64,000 bases of DNA, from IMG/VR virus record IMGVR_UViG_3300030330_004956, positions 1 through 64,000 of that record; one strand, written 5' to 3'. The notes beneath the pieces were generated by a model that saw only the letters and a program-made list of their open reading frames with translations, was not told where the DNA came from and ran no database searches. Shown piece after piece: positions 39,592 to 49,481 of the stretch (position 1 is its first letter; each line of letters opens with the position of its first letter). The stretch comes from a virus (Duplodnaviria; Caudoviricetes). Both the position numbers and the translations under genes were made by a program.

Positions 39592-40494
39592 ATGGGTTTT
39601 TTAGATAATTCTGGCGACATAATTTTAGATGCCGTCTTGACAGATACAGGCAGAAAGAGATTAGCCAGAGGTGATGGAAGCTTTAAGGTTTCTAAATTCG
39701 CTTTGGGCGATGAAGAAATTAACTATGGGCTTTACAACAAGGCTCATGCAAGTGGTTCTGCGTTTTATGATTTAGAGATTTTGCAAACTCCTGTGCTCGA
39801 AGCGTTTACAAACAACACCAGTACTATGAAATCAAAATTGATTACCATTTCTAGAACAAACATTTTATACTTACCAGTGGTTAAGCTGAACGAATCCCTC
39901 GCAGGAGCTACTAGAAATACCACTCACGGCAGTTATTTTTTAATCGCCGTCGATGAACTTTCCAGAAATCAATTGATTAATACGGATAGCGTCGGCGGAG
40001 TAATCGATGGATTTGAACCAAATCAAGACTCTTCTCATGTTGTGTTTGATCAGGGACTAGACACTACAGAAATCAGTAAGGACAGAGCAATTGATCCAGA
40101 CTTAGTTGAAACGCAATATATTATTCAGATGGATCACCGCTTAGGGAGATTGACTTCAAAAGATGGTACTCAGATGGCTCACTCATTTATTGACGATGAT
40201 AACATAGCAACATATTATGTTACAACTACCGCAGATCTCGTCACCACTATGAACGAAGGACAATCTGATTCTAGCCTTGGCGGCCCGAGAGGCACCAGAC
40301 TGTCATTAAAAATTAGAGCCTCACAAGAGTTAGAAACAAGCGTCTTTTTGTTCAATCAGATTGGACTATCAAGTAATATAAACTACGGCGCATCAGCGAC
40401 TCCCTATCGGGTAATCGACACAAACATTAGAATTATGGGAGGAACAACAGGCTATTCGTTGGATCTTCCAGTTAGATATCTCAAGAAAGCATAA
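39592..40494 (+). CDS. baseplate protein with the N-half of a DUF3751/gp8-like module
   Basis: DAVLTDTGRKRLARG...KVSKFALGD resembles the LTxxGxxxLA...FAxGD start of DUF3751-type domains. Confidence 0.65.
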   Translation: MGFLDNSGDIILDAVLTDTGRKRLARGDGSFKVSKFALGDEEINYGLYNKAHASGSAFYDLEILQTPVLEAFTNNTSTMKSKLITISRTNILYLPVVKLNESLAGATRNTTHGSYFLIAVDELSRNQLINTDSVGGVIDGFEPNQDSSHVVFDQGLDTTEISKDRAIDPDLVETQYIIQMDHRLGRLTSKDGTQMAHSFIDDDNIATYYVTTTADLVTTMNEGQSDSSLGGPRGTRLSLKIRASQELETSVFLFNQIGLSSNINYGASATPYRVIDTNIRIMGGTTGYSLDLPVRYLKKA

Positions 40495-40509
40495 AGGGTA
40501 AAATAAACT

Positions 40510-41610
40510 ATGGCTACAACTTATAAATCACTATCAACAAATGATATTGTCACCACAAAAACTTTGCTTCACGAAGCAATTCCAATTACTGGAACAATAG
40601 TTACTGGAACTTACGGCGCCGCAGGTGCCGAAAAGAATATTAAAAACTATACTCATGGCATGTTTCAGTCCGTATATGATTATCCGTTCCTAAGTTCTTC
40701 AGCGAATCATATTTTTGATATGACTGTGGGAATGCATGCAACATCAGGGCTTAGTTCTTCAACGAATACCCAGCAGGCAAAGAAGCAAAACATTTATAAC
40801 CAGATGGCTCAAGTACTTATGGGCTATGATGAAAATGGAAACATTAGGCTCTTTGATGAAGATGGAGATTTGTCTGGCGGCACAAAAATGAGATCTGTGT
40901 TTTTCATGAATTTCGCCAGATTGCTGACTAAAGATGAGATTAAAAAAGGCTCTTTTGCTATAGAAATAGGTGTTAACAGAGAACATACAGCATCTAACTC
41001 GCCAAATAAATTTAGAGTTCAGTTGGCTGATACAAATGCCCAAAACGACTATAGAGTAAATTCTCCAGCAGGAGATTACGGTATTTTGTATGCAACCGAA
41101 GCTTCCGGAACGCAGGTTCTGAAAGTAGATGATGGAACTCAAAAAGCTGGACTTATCTTTTATCAAGCTGGGATTGTTGTTATAACCGGATCACTTTTTA
41201 GTTCTGGATCGTTCACCGGCGGACTCTTGGGGAATGACTGCGATCACCCTAGGATGGATTTGGACTTCGGCCTTCGTACCACAATGGCTTCCTCATCGAT
41301 ATCCGCATCATGTGACGCTTTTAGACGCAGAATATATAATGTACAATTCAACAACACGACTGAATTAAATTCTACAGTATATTTTTGCCGCGCCCACCAC
41401 AATGAATTCAATTATTCAACGAACCCAACATATCTTTCAAGCTCCAAGATGGTTGTTAAGAATGTAGCATCAGATTCGCCTGTTAGCTATATTTCTACAG
41501 TTGGTTTATATTCATCCGACAATGAATTGCTCGCTGTTGCAAAGCTGTCCGAGCCCCTAAAGAAAGATCCATCTAACGAATTAACACTTAGGGTACGTCT
41601 AGACTACTAA
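40510..41610 (+). CDS. baseplate protein ending in the C-half of a DUF3751/gp8-like module
   Basis: C-terminus YISTVGLYSSDNELLAVAKLSEPLKK...RVRLDY resembles the IxExGLF...LIAVA motif. Confidence 0.65.
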   Translation: MATTYKSLSTNDIVTTKTLLHEAIPITGTIVTGTYGAAGAEKNIKNYTHGMFQSVYDYPFLSSSANHIFDMTVGMHATSGLSSSTNTQQAKKQNIYNQMAQVLMGYDENGNIRLFDEDGDLSGGTKMRSVFFMNFARLLTKDEIKKGSFAIEIGVNREHTASNSPNKFRVQLADTNAQNDYRVNSPAGDYGILYATEASGTQVLKVDDGTQKAGLIFYQAGIVVITGSLFSSGSFTGGLLGNDCDHPRMDLDFGLRTTMASSSISASCDAFRRRIYNVQFNNTTELNSTVYFCRAHHNEFNYSTNPTYLSSSKMVVKNVASDSPVSYISTVGLYSSDNELLAVAKLSEPLKKDPSNELTLRVRLDY

Positions 41611-41616
41611 TTCCAT

Positions 41617-41624
41617 ACTATTTA
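41617..41624 (+). promoter_or_regulatory. putative late promoter ACTATTTA (likely leaderless transcript)
   Basis: Intergenic, ends 4 nt before ATG 41629; no SD present. Confidence 0.55.
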
Positions 41625-41628
41625 AAGC

Positions 41629-42195
41629 ATGGGGTTAAAGTTACGAGTAAATAAATATATCAAAAAGCTATCTTTTGTTAGGGCAGATTTAGAGTGGCAC
41701 AGAGAAGAGCATCAAAAAAGACTACAAACATTCTTGGATGCTAGTGTGGAATATCTTTCTGGCTCAGAATTAGAGTACAGCCATGATAAGGCTAGCAAAA
41801 ACATGATTGATGTTTATAAGAAAAAGCCAGTTGTGCAAACTCCAGACATTCAAGCGCAAACAAAAAAATTATTAAAAAAAATCTCTAGAGAAACCCACCC
41901 AGATGTAACTAAAGATGCAGAAAAGCACGCTATCTTTAGAAAAGCATTTGATGCACAGAAGCAAGGAGACTGGTTTACGATTTATGAGATATCGTCAGAC
42001 TTAGGACTAGAGCCGGTAGATTTCTCAGAAGAGCACATCGAGTGGATTAAGTTTGAAATTGACAAAGTTGTTTCTATAATTAAAGGAATTAAAACAACTC
42101 TAGAATGGCTATATGGAGAGCCAAATGCAAACAAAGAACAATTGTTGACTACTTACTGTATGGCGACGTGCGTTTCCAATAAAAAAGATGAATAA
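41629..42195 (+). CDS. J-domain-like (DnaJ) protein
   Basis: KKLLKKISRETHPD...IFRKAFDA: basic helix II, HPD (41896-41904), helix III. Confidence 0.65.
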   Translation: MGLKLRVNKYIKKLSFVRADLEWHREEHQKRLQTFLDASVEYLSGSELEYSHDKASKNMIDVYKKKPVVQTPDIQAQTKKLLKKISRETHPDVTKDAEKHAIFRKAFDAQKQGDWFTIYEISSDLGLEPVDFSEEHIEWIKFEIDKVVSIIKGIKTTLEWLYGEPNANKEQLLTTYCMATCVSNKKDE

Positions 42196-42229
42196 TTAAT
42201 GTATATTATTCGTATTATTAAAGAAAATT

Positions 42230-43402
42230 ATGAGTATTTATAAATTTAAAGAAGAAGAGGTGTTTGTTAATAGCTTGCGTATGTACCCTAAATACGAGTT
42301 TACATTCTATTCGGGCACTGTGTTTATTAACAACGAACAGCCGGATTCTGGTTCCTTAACGGCTAATAGCCTTAGTATTCCATCCGGCTACATATCTTTG
42401 AATGAAATTAATATTGATCGTGACGGTACTAATAGTCCATACATTTATCCGTTTATTACCAAGAATGGCTCATTAGCTTCTTTCGCTACGGTAAGCACAT
42501 CTCAGTTTGCGCAATCATTTGCATACGGCGATGAGATCACTGGCTCATATCCAATGTCATCGTCTTTATACAGAAACTATTATTCTGCATCTTCTAACCG
42601 CAAGCACCTAAACGCAATCAAGAACACATTGAACCATTATACCACACTATCGCCACGTTATCAGTTTAGCGCATCGTTTGGAGATAAATCGACGATGGAA
42701 GCAAACCTCATCAGCGTGCCTTCAATATTTTATGGAACTAGGATAAAGAAAGGTACTGTGGATCTTAAATTTTATATAACTGGTACTTTGGTTGGACAGT
42801 TGCAAGATTCTAAAAGGAATGGAGAGTTAATACAAGTCGGCCCTGCCGGCTCAACAGGTTCTGGTTCTTGCGCCGGCGTTGTGTTGTATCAGGAAGGTTT
42901 TGTGCTATTAACAGGTAGTTGGGATCTACATGGAACACAACTGAACTACATAAACGATATATCCCTAAAGAAAAGAACACAATGGGTATATTGGGGCTCT
43001 GGGATCGCAGGGTTTGCTAACGATCCTATGACTGGCTCACATGGAAGTATTTCGTTTAAAGGTGAGACAAACGTCCCAACAATTACGATGTATGCCCACG
43101 CACCCAAAGCGCAACTTAATCACTCTAATAATCCAACATTTATAGAGTCTGGGCAATCTTTGTATACATCTTCGCTTGTACAAACTGGTACCTTGTTTTT
43201 AGAAAACAGGGAGGCAAAGATTAAGAATACAGTTTTTAGTCCATACGACAACAACACAGAAACTTTTCAAAAGCACACATACATAACCAAGATCGCCATA
43301 TACGACGAAGATATGAATATACTTGGCGTTGCAAAAGTAGCTAAACCCGTAAAGAAGACTGAAGAAAGAGAGTTTAGCTTTAAATTAAAATTAGACATTT
43401 AA
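42230..43402 (+). CDS. paralogue of 40510-41610, baseplate protein
   Basis: Shares IKKG(S/T), G(V/L)(V/I)xYQxG, N(H/Y)S(N/T)NPT and the C-terminal YITKIAIYDEDMNILGVAKVAKPVKK...KLKLDI. Confidence 0.65.
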   Translation: MSIYKFKEEEVFVNSLRMYPKYEFTFYSGTVFINNEQPDSGSLTANSLSIPSGYISLNEINIDRDGTNSPYIYPFITKNGSLASFATVSTSQFAQSFAYGDEITGSYPMSSSLYRNYYSASSNRKHLNAIKNTLNHYTTLSPRYQFSASFGDKSTMEANLISVPSIFYGTRIKKGTVDLKFYITGTLVGQLQDSKRNGELIQVGPAGSTGSGSCAGVVLYQEGFVLLTGSWDLHGTQLNYINDISLKKRTQWVYWGSGIAGFANDPMTGSHGSISFKGETNVPTITMYAHAPKAQLNHSNNPTFIESGQSLYTSSLVQTGTLFLENREAKIKNTVFSPYDNNTETFQKHTYITKIAIYDEDMNILGVAKVAKPVKKTEEREFSFKLKLDI

Positions 43403-43405
43403 ATT

Positions 43406-43957
43406 ATGACATCAAATATATTAGGAATAGACATTAGTACTTCCGTGATCGGATTGGCTGTGATGAACACAGATTACAAACTTGTGACTTATGACAAGAT
43501 CAAGTTCAAGTCTGATATGCCACTTGAGCAACGCGCAGATTATTTTGCAAATAAAGTAAAGCATCTAGATGATTACTATTATATTTCTGAGGTTTACATT
43601 GAGCAGCCTGCTATGATGTTTGGTAGAGGAAAGACAACAGCAAATACAATGTCTAAACTTCAGAGATTCAATGGAATGTGTTGTTACGCAGTATATTCCG
43701 AATTAGAATTGGTACCCAGTTTGGTTCACGCAAATACAGCTAGAAAAAAAATGAATATTTCTGTGCCCCGAAACGTATTAAAGAAGAAGCACTTTATTAT
43801 TGAGCGAGTAAAGGAGAGATACCCAAACTTCAATTACAATATCACAAGGCATGGCAATCCGCAACCCGGTACGGATGACATAGCAGACGCAATTGTAGTT
43901 GCATACGCAGGGGTAACTCTAATCAAAGAGGGGGAAAATGAGGGGCGAGAAACTTAA
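43406..43957 (+). CDS. RuvC-like Holliday junction resolvase
   Basis: ILGIDISTS, VYIEQP and DDIADAIVVA carry the catalytic acidic residues. Confidence 0.82.
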   Translation: MTSNILGIDISTSVIGLAVMNTDYKLVTYDKIKFKSDMPLEQRADYFANKVKHLDDYYYISEVYIEQPAMMFGRGKTTANTMSKLQRFNGMCCYAVYSELELVPSLVHANTARKKMNISVPRNVLKKKHFIIERVKERYPNFNYNITRHGNPQPGTDDIADAIVVAYAGVTLIKEGENEGRET

Positions 43958-44873
43958 TCTGATAACTAACATCTTGGGATACTACAGGAAGCAAGGTTCT
44001 GAATGTCTTTTTACTTGCCCATTTTGCAAGCATCACAAGAAAAAGTTTTCTGTCAATGTGGATTTGAACGTATACAAGTGTTGGATATGTGATACACGCG
44101 GCAGAGATATCCGCCGTCTTGTACGTCGTTTTGGAGGCTTTACTCAGCTAAAAGAATGGGATCGACTCTCTGGAACTATTGATTTTTCGTCTCAAGAGTT
44201 TACTTTGTTTGAAACAGAAGAGGTTGAAACACAGCAGAGGTTGTCTTTGCCGCCAGAATTCAAAACATTGACTGGCAAAATAACCCCCGCCGATCTCCGT
44301 GCTTTCTCATATTTGCAGAATAGAGGACTTACAAAGCACGACATATTGAGAAACAAAATAGGATATTGTAGTGAGGGCGAATACGAAGGTAGGATCATTA
44401 TTCCATCATTTGACTTGGATGGTTATGTAAACTATTTTATCGCCCGAACTTATAATGATCACTGGATGCGGTATAAGAATCCCAACGCATCTAGAGATAT
44501 CATATTCAATGAATTGAATATTGATTGGGATTCAGATGTAGTATTAGTAGAAGGAGTATTTGATGCTATTTTCGCAGGAAACGCTGTTGCTTTATTGGGT
44601 TCAACTTTACGGGAAGAATCGCGATTATTTCAGCACATAATTAAAAATGATTCTAGTGTTTTCATTGCCCTTGATCCGGACGCCGAAGAGAAGGCTATGA
44701 AGATTACTAGAACGCTTTTAAAGTACGACGTTGAGGTTTGGAAGGTTGACATGCCTGAAGACTCAGACGTAGCTTCACTGGGCTCTGAAGCCTTTCGGGG
44801 GCTAAAGCAAAATGCAATCTTGATGAAGGATAATCATGATTACATATTGCAGAGAAAAATAATGTCCATTTGA
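43938..44873 (+). CDS. DNA primase (Zn finger + TOPRIM)
   Basis: CPFC...CWIC zinc finger, YLQNRG, GRIIIP, VEGVFDA, ALDPDA. Confidence 0.88.
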   Translation: MRGEKLNLITNILGYYRKQGSECLFTCPFCKHHKKKFSVNVDLNVYKCWICDTRGRDIRRLVRRFGGFTQLKEWDRLSGTIDFSSQEFTLFETEEVETQQRLSLPPEFKTLTGKITPADLRAFSYLQNRGLTKHDILRNKIGYCSEGEYEGRIIIPSFDLDGYVNYFIARTYNDHWMRYKNPNASRDIIFNELNIDWDSDVVLVEGVFDAIFAGNAVALLGSTLREESRLFQHIIKNDSSVFIALDPDAEEKAMKITRTLLKYDVEVWKVDMPEDSDVASLGSEAFRGLKQNAILMKDNHDYILQRKIMSI

Positions 44874-44889
44874 TCAATAGGGAGGATTA

Positions 44890-47800
44890 ATGATTAAAAT
44901 AGCACACATTGCAGACACGCACATTAGAAACTTGAAGTACCATTACGAATACAAAATTGTATTTGCTCAGATGTACGAAACACTTAAAAACGAAAAGGTT
45001 GACTACATTGTACACTGTGGGGATATAGCACACACCAAGACGCAAATCTCGCCAGAGTTTGTGGAAATGGCAAGTGATTTCTTTGCTGGCTTGGCAGAGA
45101 TTGCTCCAACCTATATTATATTGGGAAATCATGATGGTAATCTCAAAAACAGTTCACGGCAAGATGCTATTTCGCCAATCATTCAAGCCCTAAATCACCC
45201 CAACTTACATTTGTTAAAAAATTCTGGAGAAACAGATATTGGTGATAATGTTTGTTTAAATGTTCTATCTGTGTTTGACGAAGACAATTGGGTGGCTCCA
45301 TCTGACGATTCTAAGATTAACATTGCATTGTATCATGGCGCAATCTGGGCATCAAAAACTGACACTGGCTTCAGTCTGATGACTGGAGATCATGATATAA
45401 ACATATTCAATGATTTTGATTATGCTATGTTGGGTGACATTCATCAACGACAAGCACTGGATCCAGACGAAACTATTTGGTATGCCGGCTCAACTGTGCA
45501 ACAGAACTTTGGAGAAACAGACGATAAAGGAATTTTAATCTGGGAAATTAAAAACAAAACCGAAAAGAAAATCATCCCAGTTGTATTCAAGAATCCACGC
45601 CCATTTATTTCTTGGAATATTCAACTGGATGCATCAGGAAATATTGACACAACAGGGTTTGCACCACCCGAAGGCGCCCGCCTCCGATTAATTGCTGATA
45701 GTTCTTTATCAATCGATATAGTTCGTAAGGCAACAGAAGTTGTAAAGCACAAATTTAAGCCCGAGTCGGTTACGTTTTTAAATCGTGTTATAGAGAGGAA
45801 TTCAGTTGATGTTGAAAATTCCGATGTAGAAAAGCTGGATCTCCGTAACATCGATGTTCAGCAAGATTTGATTGAAGAATTTCTTGAGCCATTTAATTTG
45901 TCACAAGATGAGTTAGACAATGTTTTGCGACTTAATAAAAAGTATCATGACATAATTACGCAAACGGAAGATGTATCTAGAAACGTTAATTGGAGACTAG
46001 ACAGAATCCGTTGGAGTAATCTTTTTAATTATGGCGAAGATAACGAAATCAATTTTAACAACTTAAATGGCATTGTAGGAATTTTCGGTAAAAACTTCTC
46101 TGGAAAATCTTCAATTATTGATTCTATTTTGTATGGAATGTTTAATTCTACATCAAAAAATGAGAAAAAGAATTTGAATATTATTAATCAAAATAGAGAC
46201 AAAGCAATTGCAAAGCTTGATGTTAGCGTTGGAGAGCACACGTATACCATCGAAAGAGAATCAGAAAAGTATCAAAAAAAGCTTAAAGGTGTGCAGACAA
46301 CGGAGGCGAAGACGAATGTATCATTTTTTAGACAAAATGCAGTTAGTGGCGAAATAGAGCCCCTTAATGGATTGACTAGAAACGACACTGATAAGGCTAT
46401 CCGAAATCACTTTGGTTCTCTTGATGATTTCCTTCTCACATCTATGTCTTCTCAGAATGGAGCCCTTAATTTTATTTCGGAAGGAGCTACTAAGAGAAAA
46501 GAAATTTTTGCTAAATTTTTGGACTTAAACCAGTTTGAATCTAAGTTCAAGCTAGCCAAAGAAGACTCTGCCGAAGTCCGCGCTATCTTGAGGAATTTAG
46601 AAGCCAGAGATTTTGCACAAGAAAAGAAAGAGCAGATAATTGAACTGGCTAAAATTACTAAAAAACTCAATGGACATGAAGAGGATTGTGTAAATCTCTC
46701 AGAACAAACTGAAGAGATCACTTCTCAGCTTCAAGAATTAGATAATAAGATTAGCTCTATCCCGGCAGAAATAATAGATATAGCAAAAGTTAGAAACAAT
46801 ATTGTTACAAAAAATTCACAATTAGCACAAATTGTAGAGCATTTAGAGGAACTTAAGTCTGAGCGAGAGAAAAATAATGTGATATATGAGAAATTAACTG
46901 CTTTCGTAAACTCGTTTAAAATCGATGACTTAAGAGACAAAAAGGCTAAAATTGATGAAACTCAACATAGCATTGACGAATTGGCAAATTCTTTAAAGGC
47001 AAAGCAAAAGGAATATAATAATTATGCCAGCAAGGTAGAATTACTGCATGATCACGAGTATGATCCTAATTGCAAGTATTGTTCTGAGAACAAGTTTGTT
47101 AAAGATGCTGAGACTGCAAAGACAAAAATCCCTAGCATACGCTCTAAGATTACAGAGATTGAAAACGGCTTAAGAATCTTAGAAGGGATTCAAATAGATC
47201 TAAACCCAGAAAAGGTGAACGATCACTTAGAAAAGTACCAACAAGTATTGAATAAGAAAGTCAATACTTCTAGTCGCTGTACAGAGATTGGGCTTCTGAT
47301 CGAGAGGGACGAAAGCACGATCAAGTTGTTACTGAAAGAGATAGAAGAGCTTGAAGCCAAAGAGGCGATATATGAAGAAAATAAGGAAGCTATCGAAAAT
47401 CTTGAAACACTTGTAGCCGAGAAAAACAAGCTTAACAAAAATCTTAAAAGTGTCAAGCGCTCTCTGTCTAAGTGCGAAAAGGCAAAGTTAGAATTTTACA
47501 AGCAGACAGGCTCAATCGAAGAAAAGATTAAGGTACTAGAAGAACAGCAAGAGCAGCTAGAGCTATATAGAAGTGAATATTCTGCTACCGATTTATATAT
47601 GCAATGTATGCATGCTAATGGAATCGCATTCGATATTATTAAAAAGAAACTACCAGTAATCAATGATGAAATAGCTAAAACTATTTCGAATATTGTAGAT
47701 TTTGAAATATTTTTTGAAGTTGACGGATCTAAGTTTGAAATATATATCAAGCATCCAAAGCACGATCCACGTCCATTAGAAATGGGCTCAGGCGCCGAAA

Positions 47801-48057
47801 AAACAATTGCTGCCATGGCAATCCGAATGGCGCTACTAACAGTATCTTCTATGCCGAAGGGAGACATTTTTATTCTTGATGAGCCGGGCACTGCTTTAGA
47901 TGAAGAAAATATGGAAGGGTTTATTCGTATGTTGGAACTAATTAAAGTGAACTTTAAAACAGTTCTGCTCATTTCCCATCTAGATTCATTAAAGGATTGT
48001 GTTGACATGCAAGTCGTTATTGACAAGATTGATGGATATGCGCAAGTTAAACAATAA
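44890..48057 (+). CDS. fused SbcD-SbcC (Mre11-Rad50; T4 gp47-gp46-like) nuclease/ATPase
   Basis: Phosphoesterase motifs HIADTH, GDIAH, GNHD, LGDIH; Walker A GKNFSGKS; coiled coil with CKYC zinc hook; GSGAE signature; FILDEP Walker B; ISH. Confidence 0.92.
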   Translation: MIKIAHIADTHIRNLKYHYEYKIVFAQMYETLKNEKVDYIVHCGDIAHTKTQISPEFVEMASDFFAGLAEIAPTYIILGNHDGNLKNSSRQDAISPIIQALNHPNLHLLKNSGETDIGDNVCLNVLSVFDEDNWVAPSDDSKINIALYHGAIWASKTDTGFSLMTGDHDINIFNDFDYAMLGDIHQRQALDPDETIWYAGSTVQQNFGETDDKGILIWEIKNKTEKKIIPVVFKNPRPFISWNIQLDASGNIDTTGFAPPEGARLRLIADSSLSIDIVRKATEVVKHKFKPESVTFLNRVIERNSVDVENSDVEKLDLRNIDVQQDLIEEFLEPFNLSQDELDNVLRLNKKYHDIITQTEDVSRNVNWRLDRIRWSNLFNYGEDNEINFNNLNGIVGIFGKNFSGKSSIIDSILYGMFNSTSKNEKKNLNIINQNRDKAIAKLDVSVGEHTYTIERESEKYQKKLKGVQTTEAKTNVSFFRQNAVSGEIEPLNGLTRNDTDKAIRNHFGSLDDFLLTSMSSQNGALNFISEGATKRKEIFAKFLDLNQFESKFKLAKEDSAEVRAILRNLEARDFAQEKKEQIIELAKITKKLNGHEEDCVNLSEQTEEITSQLQELDNKISSIPAEIIDIAKVRNNIVTKNSQLAQIVEHLEELKSEREKNNVIYEKLTAFVNSFKIDDLRDKKAKIDETQHSIDELANSLKAKQKEYNNYASKVELLHDHEYDPNCKYCSENKFVKDAETAKTKIPSIRSKITEIENGLRILEGIQIDLNPEKVNDHLEKYQQVLNKKVNTSSRCTEIGLLIERDESTIKLLLKEIEELEAKEAIYEENKEAIENLETLVAEKNKLNKNLKSVKRSLSKCEKAKLEFYKQTGSIEEKIKVLEEQQEQLELYRSEYSATDLYMQCMHANGIAFDIIKKKLPVINDEIAKTISNIVDFEIFFEVDGSKFEIYIKHPKHDPRPLEMGSGAEKTIAAMAIRMALLTVSSMPKGDIFILDEPGTALDEENMEGFIRMLELIKVNFKTVLLISHLDSLKDCVDMQVVIDKIDGYAQVKQ

Positions 48058-48071
48058 ATGTAGGAGTTAAC

Positions 48072-48281
48072 ATGACAATGGAAGAATTAAAAGCAAAACA
48101 AGAAGCACTGGTTGACAGTTGGTTACAAAAAATCACCAGTAGAAAACTCATGGTTTGGACAGCCGCAACAGTTCTTATGGGCTGTAGTGTCATCGAATCA
48201 GCAGACTGGGTAATGATTTCGGCTTTATATATTGGTGGGCAGTCTGTCATTGACGCCATCGCAAAGATGAAAGGTGCCTAG
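48072..48281 (+). CDS. putative holin
   Basis: 69 aa with SRKL followed by two hydrophobic helices; AGGAG SD. Confidence 0.55.
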   Translation: MTMEELKAKQEALVDSWLQKITSRKLMVWTAATVLMGCSVIESADWVMISALYIGGQSVIDAIAKMKGA

Positions 48282-48670
48282 TGGGTAAAGCAAAAGAAAT
48301 AATTTTAAAATTTGTTATTAAGCATTGGAAAGAGATATTGTTGGTAATCCTTTCTGCCGGTATTTTTATCAAAGGCAAAATGGATTACTCAGCATTATAC
48401 AAGTTACACATAGAGTCAGTAGAGCAATACAAGACTCGAATTGACGAATTAAATTTAGCACACAAGGAGCAGTTGAGAAGAAAAGATGAAGCTATCGAAC
48501 AGTACATTCAACGAGTGGAAGATCTTAGGATTCAATACGATTCGGCAAGGGAAGAAGTTGAAACAACCACAGAAACCCGCCGAGAAGAATACCGGAGAAC
48601 CCTCGAAGAAAAACCAGAAGAATTAATTGAAGAAATAGAAAATCAATTTGGATTTAAATATGTTGAATAA
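48281..48670 (+). CDS. putative inner-membrane spanin (Rz-like)
   Basis: N-terminal TM (ILLVILSAGIFI) plus a long coiled coil, directly after the holin-like gene. Confidence 0.5.
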   Translation: MGKAKEIILKFVIKHWKEILLVILSAGIFIKGKMDYSALYKLHIESVEQYKTRIDELNLAHKEQLRRKDEAIEQYIQRVEDLRIQYDSAREEVETTTETRREEYRRTLEEKPEELIEEIENQFGFKYVE

Positions 48671-49097
48671 AATACTAACATTAATCGTATTATTAGTAAT
48701 GCCATCTGTCGCCATGGCGCAAGATGGTAGATTTACATATTTGGAGCCGGGTATGCAAGCACCCTTTAGGGGTACATTATTTGACAGTGCAGCGACAGCG
48801 CATTTGCTATCTCTGCCAGAATACTATCAAATGCAATGTGATTTGGAGCTTGAGTATCAATTGGGCTTGCAAGAAGAGAAATTTAGTTTCGAAAGAAAAG
48901 ACTTGCAAGCTCAAATAATATTCTTGCAAGATGATAGGCAGAGCATCATAACACAGACAGATGCCAGAATTGCACTACTAGAAGAGCAAGTTAAGAAAAA
49001 CACCCGCAATGATCGTCCATGGTATATTGCAGCAGGAGTTGCTATCGGAATCGGACTAACTATAGGCATGATGAAAGCAACGGAGAGCAGTAGGTGA
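48660..49097 (+). CDS. secreted coiled-coil protein with a C-terminal TM; possible spanin partner
   Basis: Sec signal MLNKILTLIVLLVMPSVAMA/Q, coiled coil, and C-terminal TM WYIAAGVAIGIGLTIGMM. Confidence 0.5.
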   Translation: MLNKILTLIVLLVMPSVAMAQDGRFTYLEPGMQAPFRGTLFDSAATAHLLSLPEYYQMQCDLELEYQLGLQEEKFSFERKDLQAQIIFLQDDRQSIITQTDARIALLEEQVKKNTRNDRPWYIAAGVAIGIGLTIGMMKATESSR

Positions 49098-49480
49098 AGA
49101 TAAAAAATCCAGACAAGATTGCACAATTTGAAAAAGCAATAAAGAAAAAGTATGGATATGATGCTATAAAAAATCCAAACGCAGGATGGGATGACGAAAA
49201 AGAACAAGAGTATCTTGAGTCTACCAAGAAATTTCAAACTAAAGTCTCCAAGTATCATGAAGACAATGATTTAGTAGAAGTTGATGGATTTTTAATGCCA
49301 AAAAGACTACTTAATAGTGAAAGTAATAGAACTTGCCCAGTATGCTCAACATACTCATTCGACAAAGGAGACGACTTTTATATGAACAAATTTGATTGTT
49401 GTCAAAATTGTTTTATTAAATACGTTGATGGAAGAGAAGAAAGGTGGCAAGCAGGCTGGCGCCCCAACAAGGAGAAATAA
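49094..49480 (+). CDS. C4 zinc-finger hypothetical protein
   Basis: CPVC...CCQNC; GTGA overlap with the upstream gene. Confidence 0.65.
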   Translation: MKIKNPDKIAQFEKAIKKKYGYDAIKNPNAGWDDEKEQEYLESTKKFQTKVSKYHEDNDLVEVDGFLMPKRLLNSESNRTCPVCSTYSFDKGDDFYMNKFDCCQNCFIKYVDGREERWQAGWRPNKEK

Positions 49481-49481
49481 A

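Noticed and set aside
49392-49481. Upstream starts given in the ORF track (49392; also 1326, 2081, 34721, 48648, 55188, 55443)
   Set aside because: They overlap neighbouring ORFs, and downstream ATGs have better SDs or stop-start coupling.
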